Assembly (NCBI GenBank): GCA_963840035.1 | Contig: CAWIXE010000002.1 | Span: forward strand, 608,001-672,000 | DNA from: a candidate division FCPU426 bacterium | GTDB taxonomy: Bacteria > Oederibacteriota > PGYV01 > Palsa-1178 | Direction of reading: 5' to 3' | Length of the DNA stretch: 64,000 nucleotides | Shown here: piece by piece, positions 50,262-60,200 of the stretch | Position numbering within the stretch: position 1 is the stretch's first letter | How the letters are laid out: each line of letters opens with the position of its first letter | Program-made: the position numbers and the translations under genes | Notes under the pieces: model-generated | Databases searched by the model: none | Told to the model about the DNA's origin: nothing | The model's input: the letters and a program-made list of their open reading frames with translations, nothing else

Positions 50262-50462
50262 TTGTGTGTAAATTGATTTGTTCTTTTATCCCTCTCCCCT
50301 TTGGCTATTTATAGTCCCCCCTTGCGGGGGAGAAGAGGGTAGGGTGAGGGGAATAAGGCAATTAGTTTCACCTCACCCCAGCCCCTCTCCTAAGAGGAGA
50401 GGGGGAAGCCGTAACAAGCAAAGCTCACTTTAAACTAATGGTGAAAATGAATTTACACACAA
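50262..50462. mobile_element. Putative 201-bp MITE-like element containing CCCTCTCC/GGAGAGGG REP-like hairpins
   Basis: 18-bp terminal IR with one mismatch: ttgtgtgtaaattgattt / aaatgaatttacacacaa; no ORF. Confidence 0.6.
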
Positions 50463-50527
50463 TTACATACAATAACGATAGAAACAACTAACTTTATCCG
50501 GGCGAGAATCTGTGATATAATTAATCC

Positions 50528-51292
50528 ATGAAAAAAATTATGTTTACATTCTTTATAGCTTTATTACTGGTTTCGCCGGGTTTCGGGCTCAATGAAAAGG
50601 ATTATAAGTATACCGGGTGGGTAAATGACTACGCGGGCATGCTTGACGCGGTGACAATCGATAAGCTTAATATGCTGATTAATGAAGTTAAGGATAAGAC
50701 CGGCGCGGAGATAGCGGTGGTAACAATTAAAACCCTTGAAGGCGATTCGCTGGAGGATTTTACCAACAGGCTCTTTAACAGCTGGGGCGTGGGCGTTAAA
50801 GGCAAGGATAACGGGGTAATGCTGCTGGTGGCTTCGCAGGAGAGGAAGATCAGGATTGAGGTCGGTTACGGGCTGGAAGGCGCGATCAATGACGGTTATG
50901 CGGGAAGCGTTATACGCGATGAGATAGCGCCGAGATTCAGGATGGAAGCTTACGCTGACGGCGTTTTAGCGGGAGTATATACACTAGCGAAAAAAATAGC
51001 GGCAGAATATAATATCGAAATTACCAGTGATCAGCCGGTACAGAGTGCAAATGCATACCAGAACTCCGACAAAAGGGATTTGCGCAAGGCTTCCCCGTTT
51101 GAGATACTGATATTTCTTATTTTTATGATATTTATGTTAATAGTTTTTATTAAGAATCCGTGGCTGTTTTTTTTAATAATGATGGGCGGACGCGGCGGCG
51201 GAGGTTGGGGCGGCGGTGGCGGTTTTGGAGGCGGTGGCGGCGGATTCGGCGGAGGTTCCAGCGGCGGCGGCGGAGCAAGCGGAGGGTGGTAG
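50528..51292 (+). CDS. TPM-domain protein with Gly-rich tail
   Basis: VNDYAG, WGVG.KGKDNGV, RIEVGYGLEG, GGGSSGGGGASGGW. Confidence 0.92.
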   Translation: MKKIMFTFFIALLLVSPGFGLNEKDYKYTGWVNDYAGMLDAVTIDKLNMLINEVKDKTGAEIAVVTIKTLEGDSLEDFTNRLFNSWGVGVKGKDNGVMLLVASQERKIRIEVGYGLEGAINDGYAGSVIRDEIAPRFRMEAYADGVLAGVYTLAKKIAAEYNIEITSDQPVQSANAYQNSDKRDLRKASPFEILIFLIFMIFMLIVFIKNPWLFFLIMMGGRGGGGWGGGGGFGGGGGGFGGGSSGGGGASGGW

Positions 51293-51412
51293 GCGTAAAC
51301 TTAAAAATTAAAATTTAAAACTGAAAGTGAAATAAATGATCTAAACCGGACTGATAATGTATTTAGTTTTCAGCTTTTAGTTGTGAGTTTTAAGTTAAAA
51401 ATGGAGGGATAT

Positions 51413-52114
51413 ATGGATAAAAAAGTGATGAACTTTGTAGAGGCTATAAAGAAGGCGCTTGGCAACAACCTGAAGTCGTTTGTGATATATGGTTCGGCCG
51501 CGGCAGGGGAGCATTACGCGCATTCGGATTATAACACACTGATGGTGGTTGAATCACTGGACACGGTTGTACTTAAATCCGTGTCAGGGGCCGTGAAAAA
51601 GTGGGTTTCCATGGGGCAGCCTGTACCGCTTATGTTTACCATGAAAAGTATCATGTCGTCATCGGATGTCTTTCCGATGGAATTCTTTGACATAAAAGAA
51701 AATTGCGTTGTGCTCTCCGGTGAGGATGTATTTAAGAAAGTTAAGGTCAATCCTAAGAACCTGCGCCTTGAAGTGGAGCGCGAGCTTAAGTCGAAGTTTA
51801 TAAGGCTCTGCCAGTCTTACGCCGCCGGTAGCGGCCGCCCCAGGGATGTCAGGCTTCTGCTTGTGAGGTCGGTTTCAAGTTTTGCAGCCATTTTAAAGGG
51901 CGTAATCAGGCTCTATAAAAAGAAACCGCCTGTAAAAAAAGCGGATATAATAAACGCTGCCCCGACGGCGCTGAAATTGAACAAGGGGCTATTTTTAAAA
52001 GTGCTCGCCATGAAAGACGGGAGCGTTAAGGTTTCTGACCATGAAACAATGGAGATTTTTAAAGAATACCTTAAGGAAATTGAACGGCTAGCTTTAATTA
52101 TAGATAAAAAATGA
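51413..52114 (+). CDS. Nucleotidyltransferase-fold protein
   Basis: IYGSAAAGE....SDYN, DVFPMEF. Confidence 0.8.
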   Translation: MDKKVMNFVEAIKKALGNNLKSFVIYGSAAAGEHYAHSDYNTLMVVESLDTVVLKSVSGAVKKWVSMGQPVPLMFTMKSIMSSSDVFPMEFFDIKENCVVLSGEDVFKKVKVNPKNLRLEVERELKSKFIRLCQSYAAGSGRPRDVRLLLVRSVSSFAAILKGVIRLYKKKPPVKKADIINAAPTALKLNKGLFLKVLAMKDGSVKVSDHETMEIFKEYLKEIERLALIIDKK

Positions 52115-52145
52115 CCGTGCAAACGGCATAAAACAGGAGGTCTTT

Positions 52146-52712
52146 ATGAAAGACGGCACAAAAGTACTTTTGTTTTTAGGCGCGCTTGTGGTAATCGTAA
52201 TAGCTATATTCGCGTCGACCTACAATTCGCTTGTGAGCTATGACGAAGGCATCAAGGCGGCATGGGCGCAGGTTGAGAACGTGCTACAGCGCAGGTCTGA
52301 TTTGATACCTAACCTTGTAAATACCGTAAAGGGATACGCAAAGCATGAGAAGGAAATATTTGAAAATGTGGCTAACGCCAGGGCCGCGCTGCTTGGAGCC
52401 AAAACAATTGATGACAAGGCAAAAGCAGCGGGCGCGCTTGATTCGGCTATCGGCAGGCTTCTGGCCATAGCGGAAAATTATCCGCAGTTAAAGGCAAACG
52501 AGAATTTCCGCGCTCTTCAGGATGAACTCGCGGGCACGGAAAACAGGATAGCTGTCGAGCGCAAGCGCTACAACGACATAGTTCAGGCATATAATACGAC
52601 AGTGAGGAAGTTCCCTGCGAACCTTATCGCGGGTATGTTCGGGTTCAAGCAAAAGGAAGTTTATTTCAAGGCTGAAGAAAAGGCGAAACAGGTCCCGGAG
52701 GTAAAGTTCTGA
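52146..52712 (+). CDS. lemA: LemA family protein
   Basis: QRRSDLIPNLV.TVKGYA.HE, ENYPQLKAN, ENRIAVER..YN. Confidence 0.95.
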   Translation: MKDGTKVLLFLGALVVIVIAIFASTYNSLVSYDEGIKAAWAQVENVLQRRSDLIPNLVNTVKGYAKHEKEIFENVANARAALLGAKTIDDKAKAAGALDSAIGRLLAIAENYPQLKANENFRALQDELAGTENRIAVERKRYNDIVQAYNTTVRKFPANLIAGMFGFKQKEVYFKAEEKAKQVPEVKF

Positions 52713-53197
52713 TGTATTACCGCTGTTTTGAGACAAAATTCGGGACAGCGGCCCTTTTATCAGAAGGCAGGGGAATCACGGCTTTTTACCTTCCTGATAA
52801 AAGGGAGATTATGATGAAGCGCGTGCGCAGGGATTTTCCGGGAGCCACTTTGAGGGCTGACGCGGATATCCGCAGGGCTGAAGCGCTGTTAAAAAGATAT
52901 TTTACCGGACAGAAAGTAAGCTTTAAAAATGTAAGAATTGACCTGCGGACTTTAAATGATTTTACAAAAGCCGTCCTTAAGAAGACGCTGAGTATTCCGT
53001 TCGGCAGGGTGAAGTCATATAAATGGGCGGGTAATGGCAAGTCAAGGCCGGCTGGAAGGGCGCTCGGGTCAAACCCGGTGCCTGTAATAATCCCGTGTCA
53101 CAGGGTAATAAAGGCGGATGGCACGCTTGGAGGTTTTTCCGGCGGGTTATCGTGGAAGAAATGTCTCTTAAATCTGGAAGGTGTTGTAGTCATATAA
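52712..53197 (+). CDS. ogt: Methylated-DNA-protein-cysteine methyltransferase
   Basis: NPVPVIIPCHRV active-site motif. Confidence 0.92.
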   Translation: MYYRCFETKFGTAALLSEGRGITAFYLPDKREIMMKRVRRDFPGATLRADADIRRAEALLKRYFTGQKVSFKNVRIDLRTLNDFTKAVLKKTLSIPFGRVKSYKWAGNGKSRPAGRALGSNPVPVIIPCHRVIKADGTLGGFSGGLSWKKCLLNLEGVVVI

Positions 53198-53219
53198 ACA
53201 ATAAATTCAGGAGGACTTT

Positions 53220-53639
53220 ATGGCAAAGAAAGCGGTTCAATTCAAGGCTGTTTGCGTTAATTGCGGCGTATTCATACCGGATAATTCAGGCGCTGTAAAA
53301 TCCGGCAAAAATTACTGCTCAAACTGCGCTTCTATCGAGGAAACAGCGGTATTATGCAAGCCCCGCGAGGCCGGATTTAAAACGCCTACTGGCATACTTA
53401 AGGCCGTTTGTTATGTGCTTTCACTTTTGCCTGTCGTGGGTTTCATCCTGGGAGCTGTCTTTTACCCGCAGGAAGATCCGGCAGTTAAAAAATTCGGCAG
53501 GGATTGTTTTATAATGATGGCGATAGGATTCTTTATAGGCATTGTATTCTTCTTCTTAATGATGGCGGCCGGAGTTGCCCTGGGCGGGGCGTTTGGCGGG
53601 GCCATGGATAAATTCAACTTTGGCGAGGGGTATTTTTAA
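53220..53639 (+). CDS. Zinc-ribbon membrane protein
   Basis: CVNCG..YCSNC plus two TM helices. Confidence 0.7.
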   Translation: MAKKAVQFKAVCVNCGVFIPDNSGAVKSGKNYCSNCASIEETAVLCKPREAGFKTPTGILKAVCYVLSLLPVVGFILGAVFYPQEDPAVKKFGRDCFIMMAIGFFIGIVFFFLMMAAGVALGGAFGGAMDKFNFGEGYF

Positions 53640-53768
53640 AGGATGCGGGTGAGTAGTAGGTGGTGGGTAGTGGGTGGAGTAACAACGAGATAAAAGATAG
53701 GAGACAGGAAGTGTGGTGTTAATTAGAAATCAGGAATAAGAAATTAGAAATCCATTAGCGGAGACTTC

Positions 53769-54431
53769 ATGGAATTAAAAACTGAAGGCATGGTGTTAAA
53801 AAGGTTTAAACAGGGCGAGTCGGATGATGTGACCATAATATATACGCGCGAGCTGGGCAAGGTCATGGTAAACTCGAAATCCACAAGGAAGATGGAAAGC
53901 CGCCTGCGGACTGCCCTTGAACTTTTTTCGCTTAATAAATACCACCTCGTAAAATCAAAAAAAGACTCGAAATATTTCAGGTTAATCCAGGCAGAGCCGG
54001 TTAAGATGTTTGAATCCATAAGGATGTCCCTGCGCAAGATCGGGTTTGCGTACCTCGTTGTGGAATTGCTGCACAAGTTTACTGAGCTTGAGGATCCGCA
54101 TTCCGATATGTTCGATATCGCAAAGGGCATAATGGAACTCGTGGAGAGCGGGAAATATTCGAACGTGGAAAATATTGAAAGTTATTTCAAGCTCAGGGTC
54201 CTTAAGATGGCGGGGTTTGACATAAATGTGGATGATAATTACCTCAAGGAAAACCATGTAACAAAGGAAATGAAGAACCTGCTGGCTGCCATATCGGCTG
54301 CCGCTGAGCCTGAAAAACTTGACGTGGAATACGACGTGATACGCGAGATAAACATGCTTATAGACGCGTACATGATTTACATACTCGGCGAGGACATATT
54401 CAGCGCAAGATTTTTAAAAGGCTTAAAATGA
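53769..54431 (+). CDS. recO: DNA repair protein RecO
   Basis: TEGMVLK....GESD....IYTRELGK...S+L...LELF OB-fold N-terminus. Confidence 0.85.
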   Translation: MELKTEGMVLKRFKQGESDDVTIIYTRELGKVMVNSKSTRKMESRLRTALELFSLNKYHLVKSKKDSKYFRLIQAEPVKMFESIRMSLRKIGFAYLVVELLHKFTELEDPHSDMFDIAKGIMELVESGKYSNVENIESYFKLRVLKMAGFDINVDDNYLKENHVTKEMKNLLAAISAAAEPEKLDVEYDVIREINMLIDAYMIYILGEDIFSARFLKGLK

Positions 54432-54889
54432 AAAAACGCGTTTTTGCGGCCGTTATACTCCTGGCGGCGCTGCTGCTTTTTACATCCTGCGCGTCAATGA
54501 AGACGGCGGGCCGCAATGACAGAAGCACGATTACCCGTACCGCAAAAAACATGCTGGATACAAAATATGAATTCGGAAAACAGGACCCGGGAAGCGGATT
54601 TGACTGCTCGGGGCTTGCCCAGTATTCCTACAAACAGGCGGGAATAAATATCCCCAGGACCGTGCGCGCGCAATATGACAAAGCGCGTAAAATATCCAAA
54701 AGCGAGGCAAAAGAAGCGGACCTGCTTTTTTTCTCGACAAAAGGCCCGGGCGCGACACATGTCGGAATATACCTCGGGAACGGAAAATTCATACATTCAC
54801 CTTCAGAGGGGAAACGGGTGCAGATAGTGGAGCTTGAAAATCCTTACTGGAAGGCCAATTTCTACGGGGCGGGGACTTACTTTCAGTAG
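54428..54889 (+). CDS. NlpC/P60 (C40) peptidase lipoprotein
   Basis: Lipobox FTSC; FDCSGL, HVGIY, FIHS. Confidence 0.92.
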   Translation: MKKRVFAAVILLAALLLFTSCASMKTAGRNDRSTITRTAKNMLDTKYEFGKQDPGSGFDCSGLAQYSYKQAGINIPRTVRAQYDKARKISKSEAKEADLLFFSTKGPGATHVGIYLGNGKFIHSPSEGKRVQIVELENPYWKANFYGAGTYFQ

Positions 54890-54981
54890 AGAGTTTAACA
54901 GACAAGAGACTGGAGACAGGAAAAAGGGTTTTTGATTTGTTTCAAAATCAGGAATCAGAAATTAAAAACAAGAGGAATATA

Positions 54982-55500
54982 ATGAGAAAAATTAAAGTGT
55001 TCACTGTTATTATGGCGGTTTTGGTTTTACCCGGGTTTATACATGCCGAACTTATAAACAAGTATACCATTGCCGAGCTGACTCCTTCGCCTGTGGTTTC
55101 AAAACTGAAAAAGGCAAAGAAGCAGACAAAACGGCAGATAATAATTAATTCCGCTAAGTCATTGATCGGGCAGGATTACTGGCCTGGAGGGCAGGATTCG
55201 GAATACGGATATGACTGTTCGGGGCTTACGCAGTACAGTTATAACTGCGCGGGTGTCACCATACCGCGTGTCTCCAGGGATCAGTTCAGGAATTCGTCGC
55301 GCCTGCAGGAAGATGAAATGAAACCCGGAGACCTGATATTTTTTAACACGCAGGGAAACGGCGTAAATCATGTGGGTATTTACCTCGGCGACGGCGAGTT
55401 TGTCCACGCGCCGGGTATAGGAAGGCAGATAAAGATAGACACGATAAACAAGCCTTACTGGAGAATGAGATTTTTCGCGGGGGGAAGGTACGTGAAATAA
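54982..55500 (+). CDS. NlpC/P60 (C40) peptidase, secreted
   Basis: YDCSGL, GDLIFF, HVGIY, FVHA. Confidence 0.92.
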   Translation: MRKIKVFTVIMAVLVLPGFIHAELINKYTIAELTPSPVVSKLKKAKKQTKRQIIINSAKSLIGQDYWPGGQDSEYGYDCSGLTQYSYNCAGVTIPRVSRDQFRNSSRLQEDEMKPGDLIFFNTQGNGVNHVGIYLGDGEFVHAPGIGRQIKIDTINKPYWRMRFFAGGRYVK

Positions 55501-55574
55501 CAATTTTCAATTAGAAGCCGGACCTTGTTATTAATTGAAAATTTAAAATAGAAAATTTAAAATTAGGGGTTTAT

Positions 55575-56807
55575 ATGGATTACAACGAACGCGTAAAAAG
55601 AAACAGCTCGATTTTAAAGCTCGTAGTTGCCGTTGTATTCGGCATTGTCATTATATCAACCCTTTTACAGCCAAAAAAAATACCGCAAGCCGCCCAGGAG
55701 TACTTCAGGCAGGTATCGTTTAATACCATTGGCGGCAGGTATGCCGACTCGGCATGGGATATGACCGCGGCCGTCGACGGGGGATACGCGGTTGTAGGCG
55801 ATACGCGGTCGTTCGGGGACGGCGGCACGGATATTTACCTTGTTAAGGTTGATGACAAAGGCATCATGCAGTGGTCTAAGACATTCGGGGGCGGAAAAGA
55901 CGACCACGGCATGTCTGTTATCACAAACGATAAAGGCAATTATGTCATCGCGGGTTTGACCAATTCATTTGGCGAGCCGGGTTCTGATATGTATTTCATG
56001 GAGGTCGGGCAAAACGGGGAGAAGATATGGGAAAATACCGTCGGTGATAATATATTTAACGCGGCGTATACTATAAAAGAAACGGCAGGCGGATACATAG
56101 CCGCCGGATATATGAGCCAGGAAGAGCACACCCTGGCCTCGCTTGTGAAGCTTGACTCAAAAGGTAATGTGATATGGAAAAAGAGTTTTGGCGGGGATGG
56201 CTGGAACATATTTTACTCGGTATTGTCCCTGAAAAATTCCGGATACCTTGCCTGCGGGTATTCAACGCTTACAAATGAGGCGAAATCAAGCGTGTATGTT
56301 GTTAAGACCGACAGGCAGGGAAAATTATTATGGGAAAGAACTTATGGAGGGAAAAGGGAAAACCGCGCATATGCGGCGGTTGAGACGGATGACGGCGGTT
56401 TTCTTATTGGAGGAAAGACAACTTCTTTCATATCAAAAGGCATCGGCTGGGATATATACCTTATTAAGATAGCCGCTTCAGGCGAAAAGCAGTGGGAACG
56501 TTTCATTACCGCGGCCGACCTTGATGTCGGCAAACCGCTGATAAAAGACGGAGCGGGTTTCGCGGTTGTTGGCACAAAAAAATGCTACGGCATATGCGAC
56601 GCAAATGTGGTTTTTGCTAAAGTGGACGCTTCGGGCAATACGTCGGACTTCAGGGTGTTTTCCGGCATCAGGGATGACTACGCAAATACCATATTGAAAT
56701 CCAAAGATGGCGGATATGTTATCTGCGGATCGACACTCTCAGGCGGCAACGGAATGAGTGATATGATGATTATGAAAATCGGGCCGGATGGTGAAAAGAT
56801 CTGGTAA
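55575..56807 (+). CDS. Membrane-anchored beta-propeller repeat protein
   Basis: N-terminal TM; about 7 repeats DGGY...G.T.S.G....D.YLVK.D..G...W.KTFGG. Confidence 0.8.
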   Translation: MDYNERVKRNSSILKLVVAVVFGIVIISTLLQPKKIPQAAQEYFRQVSFNTIGGRYADSAWDMTAAVDGGYAVVGDTRSFGDGGTDIYLVKVDDKGIMQWSKTFGGGKDDHGMSVITNDKGNYVIAGLTNSFGEPGSDMYFMEVGQNGEKIWENTVGDNIFNAAYTIKETAGGYIAAGYMSQEEHTLASLVKLDSKGNVIWKKSFGGDGWNIFYSVLSLKNSGYLACGYSTLTNEAKSSVYVVKTDRQGKLLWERTYGGKRENRAYAAVETDDGGFLIGGKTTSFISKGIGWDIYLIKIAASGEKQWERFITAADLDVGKPLIKDGAGFAVVGTKKCYGICDANVVFAKVDASGNTSDFRVFSGIRDDYANTILKSKDGGYVICGSTLSGGNGMSDMMIMKIGPDGEKIW

Positions 56808-56914
56808 AGCCGACCAAGGGTCGGTATTTACAGTTGGTTGTACAATTGAAATTAAAAAAGTGGAAAAAACCGCATATTTGGTATAATGTTTTTAACCTAA
56901 AACAGAGGCGCCAA

Positions 56915-57130
56915 ATGAGCGAAAACTGTCCGAGCATGTATAATTGCCCTTTGTATCCGCTTTTTAAAAGTGAATCAACCTTAAAAGTTTTTAAACTGAG
57001 GTATTGCATGGGAAAATTCAACAACTGCGAGCGGCGGATAAGGGCCTTTGCCGAGGAAATCATAGAAGTGCCAAATAATCTGCTTCCAAACGGGGAACTG
57101 CTCGGAGAGTCAAAAAGAACAGAACCGTAA
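56915..57130 (+). CDS. Small Cys-containing hypothetical protein
   Basis: RBS GAGG; CPSMYNCPLY...YC.G.F..CER...VP.NLLPNG; TGGTATAAT upstream. Confidence 0.65.
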   Translation: MSENCPSMYNCPLYPLFKSESTLKVFKLRYCMGKFNNCERRIRAFAEEIIEVPNNLLPNGELLGESKRTEP

Positions 57131-57176
57131 TTTCCAAAAACCATCCTAAATCATTAAAAAAATGTGATTTTGTGAA

Positions 57177-57205
57177 TTGACACAAAAGCGTTTTCGTGGT
57201 ATTTT
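57177..57205 (+). promoter_or_regulatory. Sigma70 promoter of CBM-barrel operon, LacI-like core in spacer
   Basis: TTGACA-17bp-TATTTT with extended TG; spacer AAAAGCGTTTTC. Confidence 0.5.
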
Positions 57206-57233
57206 ATTTCTACCAAAATATATGGAGGAATTA

Positions 57234-60200
57234 ATGCGATTAAAACACATTATTTTTCTGGCTCTCCTTATTACTTTCCCTTTATTCCTATATTCAGCGG
57301 AAACTGCGCCCGCGCAGATTGACCCGGACAAGTTTTACCTGTTAAACGGTTTTGATGATGAAACAAACTGGACCACATCAGACTGGGCAAACAACGCGCT
57401 TTCCACAATAACCCTTTCCAATGATTTTATAACGCAGGGAAAGAAGTCCATGGAAGTAAGTTTAAACGCCGTAAAAGCGGGACAGGGCGCCATCGTGCAG
57501 GTATTGGACCCGGGTGACATGTCGGATATTAACGAGATAAGCGTGGACATTTATAACTCCTCAATGTTGAAAATGGACGTAAGGCTTATGGTAAAGACGG
57601 GCGAGGCATGGCAGTATCATGAATCAAAACCCATAGACATAAAACCGGGATGGAATAAGAATGTTGTTTTTGACCTTGCGGCGGCGGAATATACCGCTGA
57701 AGGGGCAAATACATTTAATAAGAAGATATCAAACCGTAATTTTGTTCGCAGGCTCGGTTTTCTTTTTTATCCGGGTAAACCGGTAGACGGAGCCATCTAT
57801 TTTGACAACCTCAGGATTAAAGGAGGCCAGTCCATAGCCGCGCTGTTGCCGCAGGAGGCGCCGGCTAACTTAAAAACAGTGCTTATAGATGATTTTGAAA
57901 AAGGCACCCTGAAATGGTCGGCTGCCGCAGGCTGGTCATGCGCCGCGGGAGTGGACAAGATAAAAATGCCGGATGGCAATCAGGTCCTCAAGGCGCGCTT
58001 TAATATGTCATCACCCGGCATGAATGCCGCGTTTATTACGGAAGGCTCATTTGATTTATCCGGGGTGAACGATTTCATTATGGATGTTTTTAACCCGAAT
58101 GACACTATTATGAACTGCGGGTTCGCGCTTGCTACCGGCGACAAATGGGCATGGCAGGAAGCCCCGATATTCAAGCTTAAGAAAGGCTGGAACAGGGATG
58201 TAAAGGTAAGCTTTATAAAAAAATACTGGAAAAATGAGTCAAGCGGATGGAAAAGCAATGTTACGCCGGGCGATATAAAATCCGTAAAGAGGATTAATAT
58301 GCTGCTGTACCCGCCTGATATGGGCGAAGGGTATGCGCTGATAGATAATATAAGGATGACGACAACAGAGCCTGAGAAACTGGAAACTTTGAAACCCGTG
58401 GATATCGGGCCTGTGGCATTCTCCGTATGGAACAGTTTTGAAAAAGGCGTTAACTGGTCGCCTGCGGCGGACGCCGGCGGGGCCATCGCGGTCAATCCCG
58501 CTTTTGAATTCGGCGGGCAGAGGATAAACGGAATGGAGCTTGTATATTCCACCAGGAATGAAGTTGATAAAGCGGTATATTCCTACCGTTCGTCCATTAA
58601 TTTCGCCAACAGTGTTGGCATGAAATTTGACATATATAACCCGAACGCATACGGGGTAAAAATATCGGTGGCCTTTAAGACTGGTGACCAGGAATCATGG
58701 AATGAGACAAAACAGATAGGCATAGCTCCGGGATGGAACAGGGGCATATTGATAGATTTTGTATCGCCTTCATTTAAGTCGGCGGACTCCAACTGGAATT
58801 ATACGGATCCGTTCTATACAAGGAACGACATAAGGGAGATAGATTTCCAGATATATCCGGACGCCAAGGTCCAGGGCAAACTCTATGTCAGCGAAATAAA
58901 GCTTGCGCGGAGGAATTTTCTCGGGGATATAGGAGAATGGCTGGGCTTTACTTTTGTGAATAATTCAAAGGTGAAGGTTGAATCCATAAATTATTCTCTA
59001 TGGGACAACGGATCCTCAGAAGGCGGTTTTGAATCGGACGCTGCGCTTAATTACTGGACTGACGCGGGTATGTCGGACTGGGGCGTGTCAAGGGTGTCCA
59101 TTTCCGACAAGTTCCCGTCGCAGGGTAAAAAATCGCTGCGCATGGAGTATAAGGACGCGAATATCAAGGTCGGACTTGCGTACAAAAGCGTGACTGCTTT
59201 CAGCGTTTCAGACAAGGATTATTTCACGTTTGACGTGTATAACCCAGGAAAACTCATGAAATGCTCCATGGTATTTGATGACGGAAACACCGGCGGCTGG
59301 TACGAGACCAAACAATACGTCATATACCCGGGATGGAACAGGAACATAAAGGTTGACCTTAATTCCAATGACTGGAAACATGACTCTACAAACCTTCAGA
59401 ACTGCGATATATTACGCATTAAAAACGCGGTAAAGAATATCTTCATCATATTTTACGGCGGTATTGAAGGGTCCATATACCTGGATAACGTCAGGTGGGG
59501 CAAGAAATCCGGCCTGTCGTTGACACAGGCGGATGTCACACAGGATATTAACCTTGAACTTTCACCTTTGGATAATATCGACGCCAAGCTGACTCTGCGC
59601 GCCGCATATCACGCAGGAGGGGCGAATGAACTTGCCCTGGCTTCCGGGCATATTAACCTGCGCGGTTTTGGAAACGAACTCTCGGTATTCTCCGGGGAAC
59701 CCGCAAAGATTATTGACGACGTATTCGGGATAGTGGATCCGGGCGCGGTCGGGCCAAATAACATGGGTGTTTCCCTCGCGGGTACCGTATTCCCGATTAA
59801 CACTTCATATATCCTCAGCGGTTTAAGCCTCGATGCTTCAGAACCCTGGAAACTTTCGACAAGCTATCTTATGACCGCTAGGATAAAGACCTACCTGTTT
59901 GAGAAAAATTTCATTGGCGCTCTCTACGTGAATAACAGGCGCGGGTATTCCGAGGGCGCGGATATATTTTCTGGGAATTTTGAACAGTCAAGCCATGTAT
60001 ACGGCGGTGACGCTTCGCTTGCCATACCGGGGTTCGGGCTCTTTGACCTTAACCTTAAAGGGGAAGTGCTTTTCGCAAGTTATGACACTTTAAAACCCGT
60101 ATACCTGATTGATTCCGTGCCTCCGAAATATGTTTTTGAGGATCTCACCACATCGGCCGACAGGAAACTTATCTACGGCCAGGCTGACCTGCACGCGGGT

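Noticed and set aside
54428..55500. Tandem NlpC/P60 genes as toxin-immunity pair
   Set aside because: Both are ordinary intact C40 peptidases; no immunity gene
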